Shown here in pieces: positions 1 through 12,757 of a stretch of DNA of 47,692 bases. The position numbers and the translations under genes were made by a program. Numbering within the stretch: position 1 is the stretch's first letter; every line of letters starts with the position of its first letter. The notes under the pieces are model-generated. The model saw only the letters and a program-made list of their open reading frames with translations, made no database searches and was not told the origin of the DNA. The stretch comes from Octopus bimaculoides (taxonomy: Eukaryota). Location of the stretch: the NCBI RefSeq assembly GCF_001194135.2, contig NC_069001.1:26863028-26910719 (forward strand). Direction: 5' to 3'.

Positions 1-417
1 TACATCCAAAGATGTATGTATATTTATGCATGTACGTATACATGACAACAAACCTCTCTCTCTCACTCACACTCTGTCTCTTACAAACACACACATACAT
101 AAATGTATACAAACATATTTACAAAGACACACGTATGTATGCGCGCGCGCGTGGGAGGGGGGTTCCACAATAGCCATTTATTTCAATTACTCTTGTGAGG
201 ATATTCACGTAAATCATTTCTTTCATTTAATCCCCATTTACATTTTCGTAAAAGTTTCCATGTACCAATGAGGCTTATTGGCACATCTTCAATTTTCCCC
301 ATTCATGAGAGGCGCCCAGCCATCATTCATCTGAGAGTCCATCTACAGAATGTCCTCAAATTTCTATACAGCATATTCTGCCTTTTTTTCTTCAAGTATA
401 TAAGCAATAATTTCATT

Positions 418-444
418 CCCGAGCAACGCCGGGTGATCTGCTAG
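418..444 (+). mobile_element. Helitron 3' terminus (non-autonomous element; 5' end not located)
   Basis: GC-rich hairpin CCCGAGCAACGCCGGG (418-433), 7 nt spacer, CTAG (441-444), then T. This is the canonical Helitron hairpin + CTRR|T end. Confidence 0.7.
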
Positions 445-651
445 TATTAAATATTTTTGTCTTTGTATGTATATTTCCTTTTGTGGACTTTTACACTTTC
501 GTTTTTGACGAAGATCTATGCTCGAACTGTCAAAATCCTTCTCTTTTTAACGAGCATCAAACTTGCACCTTGCACGTGCTCTTGTTGCTTTGATATTGTT
601 ATCTATAATGTTCAATTATTCGATTTGCCTTTATACATATAGTAGCCTATC

Positions 652-795
652 TTAACGTTCTGAGTTCAAATTCCATCGAGGTCAGCTTTGCCTTTCATAA
701 TTTCGAGGTCGATAAAAGAAGTGTGATTTTGAACACTGTGTCGATGACTTCGACTTTCCCCACTCCAGCCTTGTGCCAAAATGAAAAATAATTTA
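652..795 (+). mobile_element. SINE family 1 (GGCGGCGAGCTGGCAGAA head, CORE-like body), 5'-truncated degenerate copy
   Basis: GTTCTGAGTTCAAATTCC..GAGGTC..TTTGCCTTTCAT..GTCGATAAAA matches the intact copies at 10983 and 16891. Confidence 0.75.
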
Positions 796-2260
796 TTTCT
801 AGTTTTCAAAATGATAATGCTGCGCCAGAATCAAGACTAGTACCAATATCAATGCAAGTTTCAGTTACGACACCTCCCGCTGCTAAACCAACGTCACTGA
901 TATTAATATTCATTGTGAAAACAATGGAAAAAAATATTTAATTCTCTCAATACTAATAATAATTCCTGTTAAGTGATCATCAAAATTCATAACTTTTATA
1001 ATAAAATTCACAAAAATAATTATTATTACAGCTTTATTATTGGCCTCAAGATGAACCATATAAATCAGAGAATATTCTATATAAAGATTATAAATCATAT
1101 TGTGTTATGGTATTACTATTCTGTGCTGTACATCTCATATCTTCTCCTCTTTTATTTGATAGTAGTAAAACCATCCGAGGAAAGTTTTAATTCAACTTCT
1201 GTTCTCACTTAGACATGAGACAGTAGCATCTAGCATGCTTTCCCAAATTAGTTCAAATATCTTTATAATCGCAAGAGGAATCCTTACTAGCTTCTTCATA
1301 ACCTACCCAGATATTCGTAGACCATGTAACACCTGGAAGGTTAAATTTCTGGAAGCAAAGAGCTGTTGGTTGCAACAGACTTGAACTAGGAAAGCTGGAT
1401 TAAAACGTTCTAAAATTCGAACCCTGGATTTTAATGATCATATGACAAACACTAGTCTTCGCGCTTTTACGCGTTTTTTTAAGAGTAAACAACGTATCCT
1501 TTTTCTTTTTTTTTTTCTATATGGTCGTAAACACTTCCCTCAATGTTTCTCTATTTATGAAGGATAGGAGGCTCTCATTGGTCTTCTACGACACTTATTA
1601 CCCAACAACGTTGCCGATACCCTCAGTGACAGAGAAGAAAATCTGAGAGAGAGAGAGAGAGAGACAGATAGACAGAGACAGACAGAAACAGATACAAACG
1701 GACAGACAGAAATGGAGAGAGAGGGCACGGTGGGGGGTATAAATCCCCATCAACAGAATCAGCATCAACAGGTGCTTTACTATTCGACACCCTGAAATGA
1801 TGAAAGCCAAAGTTGACGTCGAAAGCATTTCAAAACAGAGAGTGGAAAGCCGGAACAGATATCACGTAAACATGTTATCCGATGCTCTAAAAACTATGCT
1901 GTCTTGAACGATACATATTCAATAAACGATAGTTGCAAAAATTATGAAAATCAACACCTCACAGAAAAAAAAGAATTATAATAAATATATTAAAGCTTAA
2001 ACAAAAAAATAAGATACCATAATATTTGTAAAAATACTTTTAAAAATCGAGATTATTCTGAGAGGATTTCGATCTCAGCCACTTAAGAAATCATTTTTTA
2101 TCTTTTGTTTCTTTCAGTCAATGTACTGTGGCCAAGCTGGGGTGCTGCCTTGAATTATGTAGTCGAAAAAAATATCTCTCCATTACGTTACGTGAACGTA
2201 AACAGAATAATTACAGGTTGGCAAGAGGTGGTGAAATACAGACACGCAAAGATATACGCA

Positions 2261-2525
2261 TACGTGTGTGTATGTGTGTGGATATGAATACACACACACA
2301 CACACACACAGAGATGTATGTTCGACAGGGTTCTGAAGAGTTCTTGACTTTAAGGGTATCGCGAAAAAGCTGGTTGGAGGCCCAAACTTCTGAGTTCTTT
2401 CACGGGGTTTAGAAAAACCGAAGGACCGTTGTAATTTGTGTGTCAATCTCACAGGAGAATATGTTGAATAAAATCATAATTAATTGATCCTCCTCCATCT
2501 TCTTTTACCCAAAGCCAAGAACAGC
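2261..2525. repeat. Local duplication, copy 1 (copy 2 at 4115-4386)
   Basis: 2342-2525 is identical by eye to 4203-4386; the upstream TG/CA-rich part is also shared. Confidence 0.9.
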
Positions 2526-2586
2526 TCGTGTGTATGTGTGTGTACATATATATATATATATATGCGTGTATGCCCACACACAGAAG

Positions 2587-2735
2587 GCCTCTTTCAATTT
2601 CCATCAGCCAAACCCACTCACTAGGCTTTGATCGACCATATTAGAAGCCACTTGCCTCAGGGGCCATGCGTTGGGACTAAAGCGGAACGTTGTGGTTGAG
2701 AATCAAGCACCTTACCGAATAGCCACGCCCGAGTC
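2587..2735 (-). mobile_element. SINE family 2 (tRNA-like head), degenerate 5' half
   Basis: Degenerate match to the family 2 head seen at 14500-14600 and 16780-16890 (TTTC..TTTCC.TC..CCAAA.CCACTCAC..GGCTTTG; GGGACT.AA..CGGAAC..TGTGGTTG). Confidence 0.6.
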
Positions 2736-3488
2736 TATCATAATGTTTATGATAATACATTTATCACGATTCCAGCTTTTTACAATTTTTGATACTCCCG
2801 ATACCCCGTTGACCCTTCTATCTACTTTTCCAAAATAGCTAAAACGTAGACAGATGTCTATCTCCTATTTATCTCTGAACGCTTGATCGCAATGCAAAAC
2901 AACTTCCATGATACTATATTAATTCGTTTGTATAACATAACATAAATTCGTATCAAAAATGTGCATGGACCTGCGTGAACGTGCCTGCGTATATGTGTAT
3001 ACGCGTGTGTTTGTGTATGAGTATGTGTGTGTGAGTATGCGTGAATTTATGTGTATGCGTATATATATGTTATGTTGTTGATGTTTCGCCCAACATCAGT
3101 GGTTACAAAGATGACCTATGATGGAAGGCATTTAGTCAACCGCGACTAAATTTTTATCTTCAGTGATATATCTAAGAACACGTTACGCAATGTGTCTTCC
3201 TATCAAAATCGGCAAGATGTGAGAACAGTAAGATTTTGCTGCTATTTCTAGCCGGTCTGACGATCAAAGGAGGCTCCCTTATTTATGTGTGAATATATAT
3301 TTTTACATGTAAATATTTCTGAATTTCTATATAAAGCTTAGATCCTCGGGAATATTAGCTATTTGAATCAGTATCTAATTTCTTCATTTACCCTGCAGGC
3401 GATCGGAGGTTTGAGAGTTCATTTAGCTGTCGGAAAACATACATACATACATGCTTAACATATACGTATTTACCTGTGTATGTCTATA

Positions 3489-3523
<35 letters not shown>

Positions 3524-4114
3524 TAAATTGCTGCCCTATACTTGAACTATATTTCCGATCACTACCAGCATTATATCCCTATATTATATGTGCATACTTG
3601 CAACGCCGGCTTATCTATTAGCATCGTTACTTGAAATATCTGTTCCACAAGGTGTTATTTTCATATTACGTACGCAATTGCATTTGCTAGAGGCGTTATG
3701 GTATAGTTGATGAGTCCAAGTCATTAGTTCAAATGTGCGCAAGGATCTTCAATGTTAACGTTAGGGTGTTTTAGTCTACGTTACCATAACTTCCTTCTGT
3801 TCGGAAGAATGCCCTCCGAATTTAGAGGTGAACAATTGTGTTGGAAATGGCGGTTATCCATTGAAAATTTCTTGTTCAGGATTTTTTAGCGATTCATTCT
3901 GTTGATAAATAATGATTTATTCCGTTATTTAAATATAATATATGAATTACTCTATATTTCAACGTATGTATATATGCAAAAATGTATGTTATTATATTTG
4001 TGTCTACGTACGTATATATATGTATACATGTGTGCCTATATGTATATGTGAATGCGTGAGTATTTATCAGTGCATATTTATATACTTGTATGTGTGTGTG
4101 TGTATACATATATA

Positions 4115-4152
4115 TACGTGTGTGTATGTGTGTGGATATGAATACACACACA

Positions 4153-4184
<32 letters not shown>

Positions 4185-4386
4185 GATGTATGNNNNNNNN
4201 NNTCTTGACTTTAAGGGTATCGCGAAAAAGCTGGTTGGAGGCCCAAACTTCTGAGTTCTTTCACGGGGTTTAGAAAAACCGAAGGACCGTTGTAATTTGT
4301 GTGTCAATCTCACAGGAGAATATGTTGAATAAAATCATAATTAATTGATCCTCCTCCATCTTCTTTTACCCAAAGCCAAGAACAGC
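4115..4386. repeat. Local duplication, copy 2, spanning a 10-N gap (4193-4202)
   Basis: The 184 bp after the gap are identical to 2342-2525. Confidence 0.9.
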
Positions 4387-4720
4387 ATATGTGTGTATTT
4401 ATATATACTTTATTTAGTGCTTACATTTACTTTGATCTAAATATTTGCTGCATTTCGGGGTCCTGGCTAAGGGCCTTCAAAGGTTGCTGAAAATTATAAC
4501 CCACCCACACACCGAACCTCTGATGTCATATGACTTCAGAAGAGAGCTGGTGTGAGGTGTTCATGAATTTTTATAAGACCTAAAATTGTGCATCCGATAT
4601 TCTTCGCGGTCTTAGTGTTTGTACGTTTGGTTGCGTGAGTACGTACGTGTATATTTGTGTTTGCAGGGATGTATGAATGAATTTTTGTGCGTATGCGTGA
4701 AAGGATGCATCTGTATATAC

Positions 4721-4721
<1 letters not shown>

Positions 4722-4773
<52 letters not shown>
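4722..4773. repeat. (TA)n microsatellite
   Basis: Pure TA run read directly. Confidence 0.95.
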
Positions 4774-4776
<3 letters not shown>

Positions 4777-5923
4777 CTATGCTTGAATGTATCTATTGTG
4801 GAATGAATGGGTACCTTCGTATATGTACGTAGATGTGTGTGGGTGTATGCATATGCATACGTATGTATATGCGTGAATGAGTGCACACTTTCAGAAAATA
4901 ACTTCGTAATAAATGTTAATTCATAAAATACTGATATAAGCCAGCAGTCTTGTAAAACATATATTAAAAACTTTTCCTGTCGTCTCTTTGGCAGCATAAA
5001 TCACATAATCACAAGACTTTCCATTTGAAGTGTCTATGATATTTATTATTCGCCAACATCACTTGACAACTTTATCGTATTGTATTCTAACAGTGGACAA
5101 AAACTTAGGTAAATGAAGTATTTTGTCAGACGCTTTTACGACTGTTTCTCACATTAGCGTTTTCATGATTTCTAAAAGTTAAGAAAGATGTTGGGGTATA
5201 ATGCGTTGAAAGCATCCCCTTACACAACTACCGGTAGGTCTAAATAAAACCTAATTGAGGATTTGAAAAGATACACCAGGGTAAAATTAACCCTGATGTA
5301 ATAGTTATTTAAAGAATTATAAGCTTGCTAAGAAAATTTGGCGAGTCGTTGAAAGAAAAAGAAGACAGTTGAAAAAGATAATAAAAAAAAACATTGAAAT
5401 GGCATATATAGGGAGAGAAATAAAAACAGCATTGATGGTGTGAGTGTTACACAGATAAATAATACGACAATTAAATGAGCCTGTACCATCTATATATGTA
5501 TATGACTATATAAACTTAATCTACTGAAAATAAAAATACAATCTACGAATAAATATGTGTAAAAAACGAAAATGAAATTAATACGTCAGTGAATGTTTAT
5601 AGCCTTTGGTTAAAAATAAAAGCCGATAATTGTTCAAGTAAATATTGCAATGCGATGCAGGGTTGAAACTAATAATTCTTATTGGCCAATAAACTTCTCT
5701 TCCGAGCTGAAAATCGATGACTGGTGGTGATTATTACTGCAATAAGTTAGAACCTTTAGGCCAACAGGGTTGCCATTAGATGAAATGAAACTACTGTAAT
5801 AATATCAGCGACACCATCATCAACGAATAACGTTTAACTTCTGGAAATAACATATATAGATAGCTACATACATACAGACAAAAATTCATATATACGTACA
5901 TACATACATGTATAAACATAGTA

Positions 5924-6031
<108 letters not shown>

Positions 6032-6980
6032 ATGCATGTGTGTAAATATATATATATGTACACACACATAAGTATGCATATGTGTGTGTGCTTGCAGATA
6101 TACATGCAAACACATACACTACACACACAATCCTACGCACACCTGCAAACACACATATACCTATATGAATACATAGATGCGTGTGTCTGTATATTAATAC
6201 GTGCACATGATACTTGTGAGTGTTCGTATGTTCATGTGTCTATTTAACAAGTTTATGTAATTATATAAATATTTGTATTCGCGTATGCTGAGGAAAGATG
6301 TATGTGTGTCTGAGCACCTCACATCAATATGACTATTCAAGTATCTATTTATACATTTATGTCTTTAAATATAATTTAATAGCAATTCTATTTACCATTA
6401 GCAATACAGCAATTATTCAAATATTATCTGAATATTTCTTACAAACGATTTTTAATTTACAATTGGGGCCTTTTTTACGTGATGATTATAGTTGTATCTC
6501 TATACACAAGAGTCTTACATTTCTACCATTACTGCAAATAAACTTGTTATTGACAGAAAAAAAAATACATTATAACAATAAAGCAAATAGTGAAACCAAA
6601 TTGTCACCATCATATTACTTATTATAATTTCTTAATGCTTATGTGTCTGCAATTTATATTCAAGAGATGTCTTCATTAATTTTCTTTCAGTTTTATACTT
6701 TATGTTATTCTCTTTTTTCATTAGATACGCCACATCTTTAAATGTATTTAATGTCCAACTATATCATTCGAGTGAAAACTTATACTAATTGATATTTTAT
6801 AAACTTTGAAGAGCAGAACAGAATTAAGACATTGATATATATCCTCTCAAAAGCAAGTATACACACAAACACACACGCATCTATATGTACATGTATGTTT
6901 ACATGTATGCATATATGTATGTGCATATACATTGAAACGAAGGTTACTAATGTTTCTTAGCTAGCTGGTCCTCTGGTGCA

Positions 6981-7011
<31 letters not shown>

Positions 7012-7048
7012 GAAAAGGATAAAGAGAACAATGGTTAAGTTAGAAATA

Positions 7049-7113
7049 TATTTTATGGATAGAGTCTTACAGCTGTTTCAGGGAAACTGCTGTAAGACTC
7101 TATCCATAAAATA
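7049..7113. repeat. Near-perfect fold-back of a hammerhead 3'-half-like motif (GAAACAGCTGTA), probably Penelope pseudo-LTR derived
   Basis: 25 bp arms 7049-7073 and 7089-7113 are exact reverse complements, and GTTTC-AGG-GAAAC forms an inner stem. The right arm runs into an N gap. Confidence 0.7.
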
Positions 7114-7292
7114 NNNNNNNNNNNNNNNNNNNNNNNNNNNNNNNNNNNNNNNNNNNNNNNNNNNNNNNNNNNNNNNNNNNNNNNNNNNNNNNNNNNNNNN
7201 NNNNNNNNNNNNNNNNNNNNNNNNNNNNNNNNNNNNNNNNNNNNNNNNNNNNNNNNNNNNNNNNNNNNNNNNNNNNNNNNNNNNNNNNNNNN

Positions 7293-7334
<42 letters not shown>

Positions 7335-7338
<4 letters not shown>

Positions 7339-8110
7339 GTTAAACCTCTGGAAGGTTTTACAGATTTCAAGTTCCAGTGATGGACTGGATCTGTGATTTC
7401 CGCATTAGCTCTCCGTCCTGGTTGGTTTTGACAAGCCTAATTTCTCAAGATTGGTATTTCGGTAGTGCGTTACATATCCCAAAGTCCAAATAATTACAGG
7501 TATAAACCTGAACTTGTAATCTGGGTAGAACTTGTAATCTGCAGATTTCTCATTAGTTCAGCATAGGTGTTCTCTTTTTCACTGATCTTCAGCTTTATGT
7601 TAATATCCGCTGTGCAGCTAATTTCCACAACTGTGCACAGTTTCTCTTCTCTATCGCAAATCATCATATCAGGTCTGTTGTGCTTTACATTTTTTGGGGT
7701 CTTCACTGGCACATTCCACGAGTATTTCTTTTTATTATGCGTGGCTATGGATTCTACCATATTTTGGCTTCTTATTTCTTTGAACCTAGGATTATCCTTC
7801 CGATTAATTTCATTATAGAGTGTTCTAGCAACAAGGTCATGTCTCATCGGTAGATAATACCGTGATGACATTTTCGGACAACTGCTTATGTTGTGGGTGA
7901 TATCTTCAGTGTGAACTCCACAAAGTCTGCATCGGTTGTCACACTTTACGGCTTTACCTGCATCTCTATCCATTTTGTGCATGGTTGATATTTCCGTTCC
8001 TGGATTGCAAACGCATACCCTTCAACGTGGGAGAGAGTAATCCGGTTATTTGTCTATGATAAACTGATTTGATGATCGATGTTACGATGATCACGAAGCT
8101 TTCTAGTAAC
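7335..8110 (-). mobile_element. R4/Dong-type non-LTR retrotransposon, 5'-truncated 3' end (CCHC zinc knuckle + restriction-like endonuclease), frameshifted
   Basis: ORF 7494-7982 contains CRLCGVHTEDITHNISSC, RHD and NRPDMMICD...VVEISC (PD..D..E RLE motif). Shifted frames give SHVEGYAFAIQE upstream and YPDYKFRFIPVIIWTLGYV downstream. The element ends directly in (TA)n at 7293-7334. Confidence 0.9.
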
Positions 8111-8820
8111 ATATCCATGTATGTATGTATGTATGTTTGTATGCATGCAAAATCCAATGTAATATGCTACTTTTGCTCTTGCAGCGGGTTCTGGTAAATG
8201 AGTTGTATGAAACACCTAACTACGACCGTACATTTATATTTATCTACAACACAGCGTCTGTCTTTCTTTTCATTTTTTTTTTTTCATTTGTATAAAATTA
8301 CTCAGTATTATTTGAGGCGCATTCAATTGCCATTTTTAGCGGAGAAAGCAGCTTCTATGAAAGAGAGAATGTATATGGACATTGGAAATATGTATAAAAT
8401 AATTCACAAGATTTCGATAATCAGTGATTAACTGTTACAAAAGTGAATATACAAAATTAGCTAATATAATTACACGTTTTCTATTAGTGATATTATTTTT
8501 CACTGAAATCAAAAATAGCGGCAGCTGCTGTTTCTTCTTCCGTCAGCGTAGCCGTTGTTCGTTGTTATCAATATGATATATTACGAAAACATAAAATCTT
8601 TTCAACAACCGTTTGCTTTCTGTTTCATAAGACCACGTATTTTCTCATTACCGACAAATATGTCTATCAATTCTTTTCGAACTGTTTGTTCTCAATATGA
8701 TAAAGACGTTGTGAGAGAAAATAACGTTGCACAACAGTCTGTGTGTTTATTTATATGCGTGTGGATAGTTTTACTGATGATTATGATAATGCCTCACTAT
8801 TCCCGATCTTTGTCCAACTC

Positions 8821-8825
<5 letters not shown>

Positions 8826-8877
<52 letters not shown>
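8826..8877. repeat. (TA)n microsatellite
   Basis: Pure TA run. Confidence 0.95.
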
Positions 8878-8878
<1 letters not shown>

Positions 8879-9328
8879 GTATGTATACATCAATACCGAA
8901 CGATGAAAATGGATGCTCAACACTGCATTGGTGGATATAATTTCCTTATTTGTGAATTAAGGCTACCGTTCGTTTCATGTAGAGAAAAGCAGGATACTGT
9001 GCGTGAGTATGTGTGTGTAATATCTATAATTGTATAGGTATTGATAAATAGATAGATAGAGAGATATATAGATAGATAGATACATACATACATATATACA
9101 TACATAGATGGGCATAGAGAGAGGGAGAGGGAGAGATTTACTCCTATTATTCCTTGTCTTTTGATTCTAAGTTCTGATGTAACCGAGCAAGATCAGATTA
9201 ACTTTTACGTTTGCCATTATTAAGATTAATGTAAAATTTGGAAATTCTAATCCTATATGTGTGTTGTACGTGTATGTATAATGTGTGTCTGTGTATTACG
9301 CAATATGTATGTATGCATGTATATATGC

Positions 9329-9370
<42 letters not shown>

Positions 9371-10800
9371 GTGTATATATATATATATGTATATAAATAT
9401 GTGTTTGTGTGTGTTCTTATATGTCTCTGTATGTAAGTATTTTATCTCGAAGATAAATTGTCAATTTCATACAAATCGTTAATCACGAATTGAAATAGAA
9501 AAAAGAATTATTTCTAATACACCTACACACAATTTTGTTTCAATATAAATACAAGACACGGTTTTTCACAAAACAAAATAATATGACATTCTTGGAACAA
9601 GCAAAGGAGTTTCGATCTGCTAAGTCAGTTGTTCTTCTCTCAATTCAATCTCTACCCTCTAAAATAAAAGTACATTGACTACTCTGCATCTACATACACT
9701 ATATCTAAACTAAGCACTTATGCTCTCAAGGCCATACATTAGTTCTAAAATCTTCAGAATTTATTTAAGTGATGGTATGAGCATTTCATCCGAAATAAAA
9801 ATGGAGAAATTCACACTAATAAGTCTTGCGAAGAGAAACTAAATGTTGAAGTCATTTAATATCATTTTAGGAACGAGATTTTATTATTTTTTTTTTCAAT
9901 CCATTACACCTACTGTATTTATTCAAGTTTTCGATGGCAGTAAGCAAACTGATGGAATCTATTCTTGAATACAGTTGTCTATTATTATAGAATTTTTTTT
10001 ACAGAAGAAGATTTGGAGTTTTCGTTACACAGATATCTATCTATCAGAAACCATTCATATCTAAATGGTTATGAATAAAACGATGAAACAATAGGTACTG
10101 ATATAAAAATGGCTTCCGTCTAAGTCTTCTAATCTCTTTCTCATTGTCTTTCACATGCACAAATACATTCTCACAAAATAAAACACGCAGATACACAAAC
10201 ACACCTTCAACACAAAAACTTAAACCTGTTTTCACATTCCTGTTTATTTCAAGATCATTTTACATATTGCCGTTTGTGTACGTGTGCAAGTCGGTTGTAT
10301 TACAAGATTCAAATATAAGCAGGTCTTTTCACACTGCTAACAGGAAGAGCAATAAAAAATATCGACTTACAAATGATTTGACTATAGAATTTGGAAGCGA
10401 TTCACATGTAATTATCTTCTTTAATTTTTATTGATATTATTATTCCTATGCACTAAAATATATCTTGACATTTAGTTAACATAAATTTCATGGCAATGCC
10501 CCGCAGAATGAATTAGACTTTTTTCAAAACATATATTAATCTAATTCGTTGAACCACAAAGTTGTTGATTTGAGATCTTGACTGTACAGTGGCCGTCCAT
10601 CGACACCTCCTTGAAGAATCCAGCCGAATAAATCGACTCCAGTATTTATGACTGTTGCTTATATTGTCGGTCTCTTTTACTGAATCATGCAGTCAGAGAA
10701 TCTAAACAAACCAAAACTAGCTGCATCGTGATGGAAGGTAAAGAGAAACATACACAGACAAACATACACATGCACACGCACAAACACACACAAATATACA

Positions 10801-10897
10801 GTAGAAGACAGTTGCTCAAGATTCCAGGCAATGGGACTCAACCCGAAGCCACATGTTTGCAGACCAAGATTTTTCACCACACAGCCATCACTGCACC
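10801..10897 (-). mobile_element. SINE family 2 tRNA-like head fragment
   Basis: The minus strand reads GGTGCAGTGATGGCTGTGTGG..GGGTTGAGTCCCA, i.e. A-box and B-box-like segments. Confidence 0.65.
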
Positions 10898-10982
10898 TTT
10901 GGTCTTGCCTGTCGTTAACCAATTTTCTATTCATTTCGATAAAAGAAAAATAAAGACTCAATAGAATTTGAACTCGGAGCAA

Positions 10983-11191
10983 GGCGGCGAGCTGACAGAA
11001 ACGTTACCCCACTGGGCGAAATGGTTAGCGGTATTTCGTCTGCCGTTACGTTCTGAGTTCAAATTCCGCAGAGGTCGACTTTGCCTTTCATCCTTTTGGG
11101 GTCGATAAATTAAGTACCAGTTACGCACTGGTGTCGATGTAATCGACTTAATCCCTTTGTCTGTCCTTGTTTGTGCCCTCTATGTTTAGCC
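10983..11191 (+). mobile_element. SINE family 1, near full-length, inserted in an older antisense SINE remnant
   Basis: GGCGGCGAGCTGACAGAA...GAGTTCAAATTCCG...GCCTTTCATCC...GTCGATAAATTAAGTACCAG. It is flanked by CGGAGC (10975-80) and CGGAAC (11192-97), a probable TSD. Confidence 0.9.
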
Positions 11192-12548
11192 CGGAACGTA
11201 GTTTCATAAATATATATCGCATAGCATTTTGTCAATGTGCTTTACTGTCTCTACCAGGTAGCTCTTTCTAAAATATAACATAGGGAGTCAATAGAATTTG
11301 AACTGGGAATGTAATGTGTCAGAAACATATTACAATGCATTCTGCTCTACTGTTTCTGCCAAGTTCCTCATTTCGAAGCAAAAAGCAAAAATACAAAGTA
11401 ATTAGAATAATGACAATAATTGATGCTAGTCTTGTTTTAGCTGATACTGATATTGATATTTTTTAAAGTGAAACAATGAAGAAAAGAATAAAATCACTTG
11501 ACGACCATTATGAATCTGAAGTGAAGATGGACTATTGAAGAGTCGGTGAAATATGTTATTTATTTAGAAGAAAATTCTTTTTATAAAAAAAACATATAAT
11601 AATGTTGCTTCAATTTCTCAATGTGCTCATCCATTTTCTTCCAATTTTAATTCATATTTAACGGTTGAACATTATTTTCGTAACAAAAGCAAGCAAGAAA
11701 ATTGCCTCCGGCATTAGAAAATTGAAAGGAGAAAAGTTCAAAAAATAAATATTTAAGCTGCTTCATTTTCTAATATCAACGTCCGGTTAGCAAAATAATA
11801 TGATTTCGTAAAATTTGGTCTCGGCTTAATGTATTGCTTCAAAGGAATTGATTTGGTATCTGCTAGCATTACTTGTAGAAATGTCGCGTTCATGTTCTGC
11901 TCCCGGCGAACCGAATATTTGATGCGGAGTCACTCTCTGATTGAACCATTTCTCATCATTTAAATCTCGTCCCAGCAATGTTCCACTCATAATCAATAAC
12001 GTGGATAACGATGGATGGAGATGAATGGCGACGGGTGGAGGTGGATGGTAAAGGAGAAAGATGGAAGGAGATGGACAGAGGTGGATTAGAATCTGTTGCT
12101 TTTCTATTGATTACATGGAAACGACGTTTAAATTGGTAATTACTCAAAGATCCGTTAAGGATTTCGGCACATTATTTTTCGTTATTATTTACTTCGTAAC
12201 TCAATAAATAAGTAGTCCATCTCCAAGCAATAAAATTTGCTGAAGTGTGAATAACATTTAGGGGATCCTTTAATAACGTTCTCTAAAAATTCATTGCACT
12301 ACCTCTTTTCTGCCAAACTCTAACATGATATTCAGTATATTCTATCCGTGGCCACCACTCTTTTAGTGTTTCCTGGAACGAAACTATGCAGAACGAGTTC
12401 TCAATTAAATCCAAATGACACTTGGAAGTTCATCTAAAATTTTGAAGTTAAATTTATGTACAATAAATTGCATAAACTTCTACAATACTCAAAATATATT
12501 AATTTTTGTTTTTATACAATTCCTAAAAGTATTTAACAATAAAGTTAA

Positions 12549-12757
12549 GGCAGCGAGTTGGCAGAATCTTTAGCACGCCGGGCGAAATGCTTAGTGGTAT
12601 TTTGTCTGTCGTTACAGAGTTCAAATTCCGCAGGGGTCGACTTGCCTTTCATCCTAACGGGGTCGATTAAATAAGTACCAGATACGCACTGCGGTTCATG
12701 TAATCGACTTAATCCCTTCCCCCAAATTTGAGGCCTTCTGCCTCCAGTAAAAAAGAT
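12549..12757 (+). mobile_element. SINE family 1, full-length diverged copy
   Basis: Colinear with 10983-11191 through head and core, with an alternative 3' tail (CCCCAAATTTGAGGCCTT). Confidence 0.9.

Noticed and set aside
8510-8570. Locally GC-rich stretch suggestive of a promoter/5' UTR
   Set aside because: No diagnostic motifs or downstream exon support.
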